DNA of 7,863 nt, taken from assembly GCF_006345805.1 (NCBI RefSeq), contig NW_021828694.1, positions 1-7,863 of the forward strand, written 5' to 3'. The position numbers and the translations under genes were made by a program. Source of the stretch: Octopus sinensis. Lineage: Eukaryota. Positions 6,737-7,863 of this stretch are shown here, piece after piece; within the stretch, counting starts at the first letter, position 1, and every line of letters starts with the position of its first letter. Below the pieces are notes generated by a model. The model was not told the DNA's origin, searched no databases, and saw only the letters and a program-made list of their open reading frames with translations.

Positions 6737-6858
6737 CACTCTGATGAAGCTCCATGTACCAGATTGGATGTGCTATAGAATATACACGGATATTATTTTC
6801 AAAAGTTTTCTTTGACAGCGCTGAGGGACATCGGAAGCAGAAACGGCTGTTAGAAGTG
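6737..6858 (+). ncRNA. Minimal type I hammerhead-ribozyme-like motif with long helix II (probably a decayed Penelope-like-element relic)
   Basis: CTGATGA (6741-6747); helix II GCTCCATGTACC (6749-6760) pairing with GGGACATCGGAAGC (6825-6838); GAAA (6840-6843); near-palindromic helix III ACGGCTGT (6843-6850); GUH triplet GTT (6849-6851); CACT (6737-6740) complementary to AGTG (6855-6858). Helix I is out of register and the base of helix II is A/A. Confidence 0.45.
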
Positions 6859-6956
6859 TAAAAGATTTTGTATTAAAAAATAGTATTCGATGGTAATCAA
6901 TTTGTTTGTCGATCAAGAATTTACTCCATTTTCTGGTACACACACACAGACATATA

Positions 6957-7101
6957 TGGTAAGTAGCTTGCTTACCAACCACATGATTCCGGGTTCAGTC
7001 CCACTGAGTGGCACATTGGGCAAGTGTCTTCTACTTTAGCCTCGGGCCAACCAAAGCCTTGTGAGTGGATTTGGTAGACGGAAACTAAAAGAAGCTCATC
7101 G

Positions 7102-7185
<84 letters not shown>

Positions 7186-7238
7186 ATATATTATATATTA
7201 CATATATATATATATTTTATATATATATATATATATAA

Positions 7239-7271
<33 letters not shown>

Positions 7272-7511
7272 GTACATGTACGTGAGTGTATATGTTTGTG
7301 TGTCTGGTTTGTCCCCCCCAACATCGCTTGGCAACAGATGCTGGTGGTGTTTTACGTCGGTCTCCGTAACATAGCGGTTCGGCAAAAGAGACCGATAGAA
7401 TAAGTACTACTAGCTTACAAAGACTAAGTCCTGGGGTTGATTTGCTCGACTAAAGGCGGTGCTCCAGCATGGCCACAGTCAAATGACTGAACAAGAAAAA
7501 GAGTAAAAGAG
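6957..7511 (+). mobile_element. tRNA-derived bipartite SINE, copy 4 (nearly full length, first ~18 nt missing)
   Basis: The head TGGTAAGTAGCTTGCTTACCAACCACATGATTCCGGGTTCAGTCCC (B box 6991-7002; A box truncated) runs to ~7101. It is followed by a ~190-bp (TA)n spacer (7102-7293), the 3' module (7294-7490) and the tail ACAAGAAAAAGAGTAAAAGAG. Homologous to 1-314 in the opposite orientation. Confidence 0.92.
7102..7293. repeat. Expanded (TA)n microsatellite internal to SINE copy 4
   Basis: Direct inspection. Confidence 0.95.
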
Positions 7512-7619
7512 ATACATCTACACACACCTTATATATATATAAACACATATATACTCATGCATATATGTATTCTTTTATTCATTTATACTTTTATACATAC
7601 ACTCTTACATATGTATATG

Positions 7620-7665
<46 letters not shown>

Positions 7666-7806
7666 GTGTGTGCGTGTGCACCCATATTCATATATAATAT
7701 GCGTATTGTACATGCGTAGGTGAAATCTTAAAAATCATACAACTATACAACAATGTTTTACGCGCTTTAAAAAAGTGTGTATGTATATATGTATATGGTG
7801 TGCTTA

Positions 7807-7856
<50 letters not shown>

Positions 7857-7863
7857 ACATATA
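7512..7863. repeat. Compound (TA)n/(TG)n low-complexity region
   Basis: Long (TA)n runs at ~7620-7659 and ~7809-7851 with TATG/TG interruptions. Confidence 0.9.

Noticed and set aside
5054-6794. 12-mer TACACGGATATT at ~5054 and ~6783
   Set aside because: A shared 12-mer is at chance level in 7.9 kb of AT-rich DNA. The copies are in direct orientation, so they are not TIRs.

Overview
AT-rich, microsatellite-dense eukaryotic DNA with no intact protein-coding gene. The repeat families resemble those I know from Octopus (coleoid cephalopod); this assignment is from recognition, not a database search. The window is a pile of decayed mobile elements: four pieces of a bipartite tRNA-derived SINE that carries an internal (TA)n/(TG)n spacer, a long-armed foldback MITE with TA target-site duplications, the 5' halves of two unrelated Tc1/mariner transposons joined end to end, a Tc2/pogo-type MITE, and a heavily decayed Chapaev3-like transposase. 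The most unexpected signal is a minimal type I hammerhead-ribozyme-like motif with a long helix II at 6737-6858. Almost all ORFs in the supplied track are microsatellite, antisense-SINE or transposon read-throughs.
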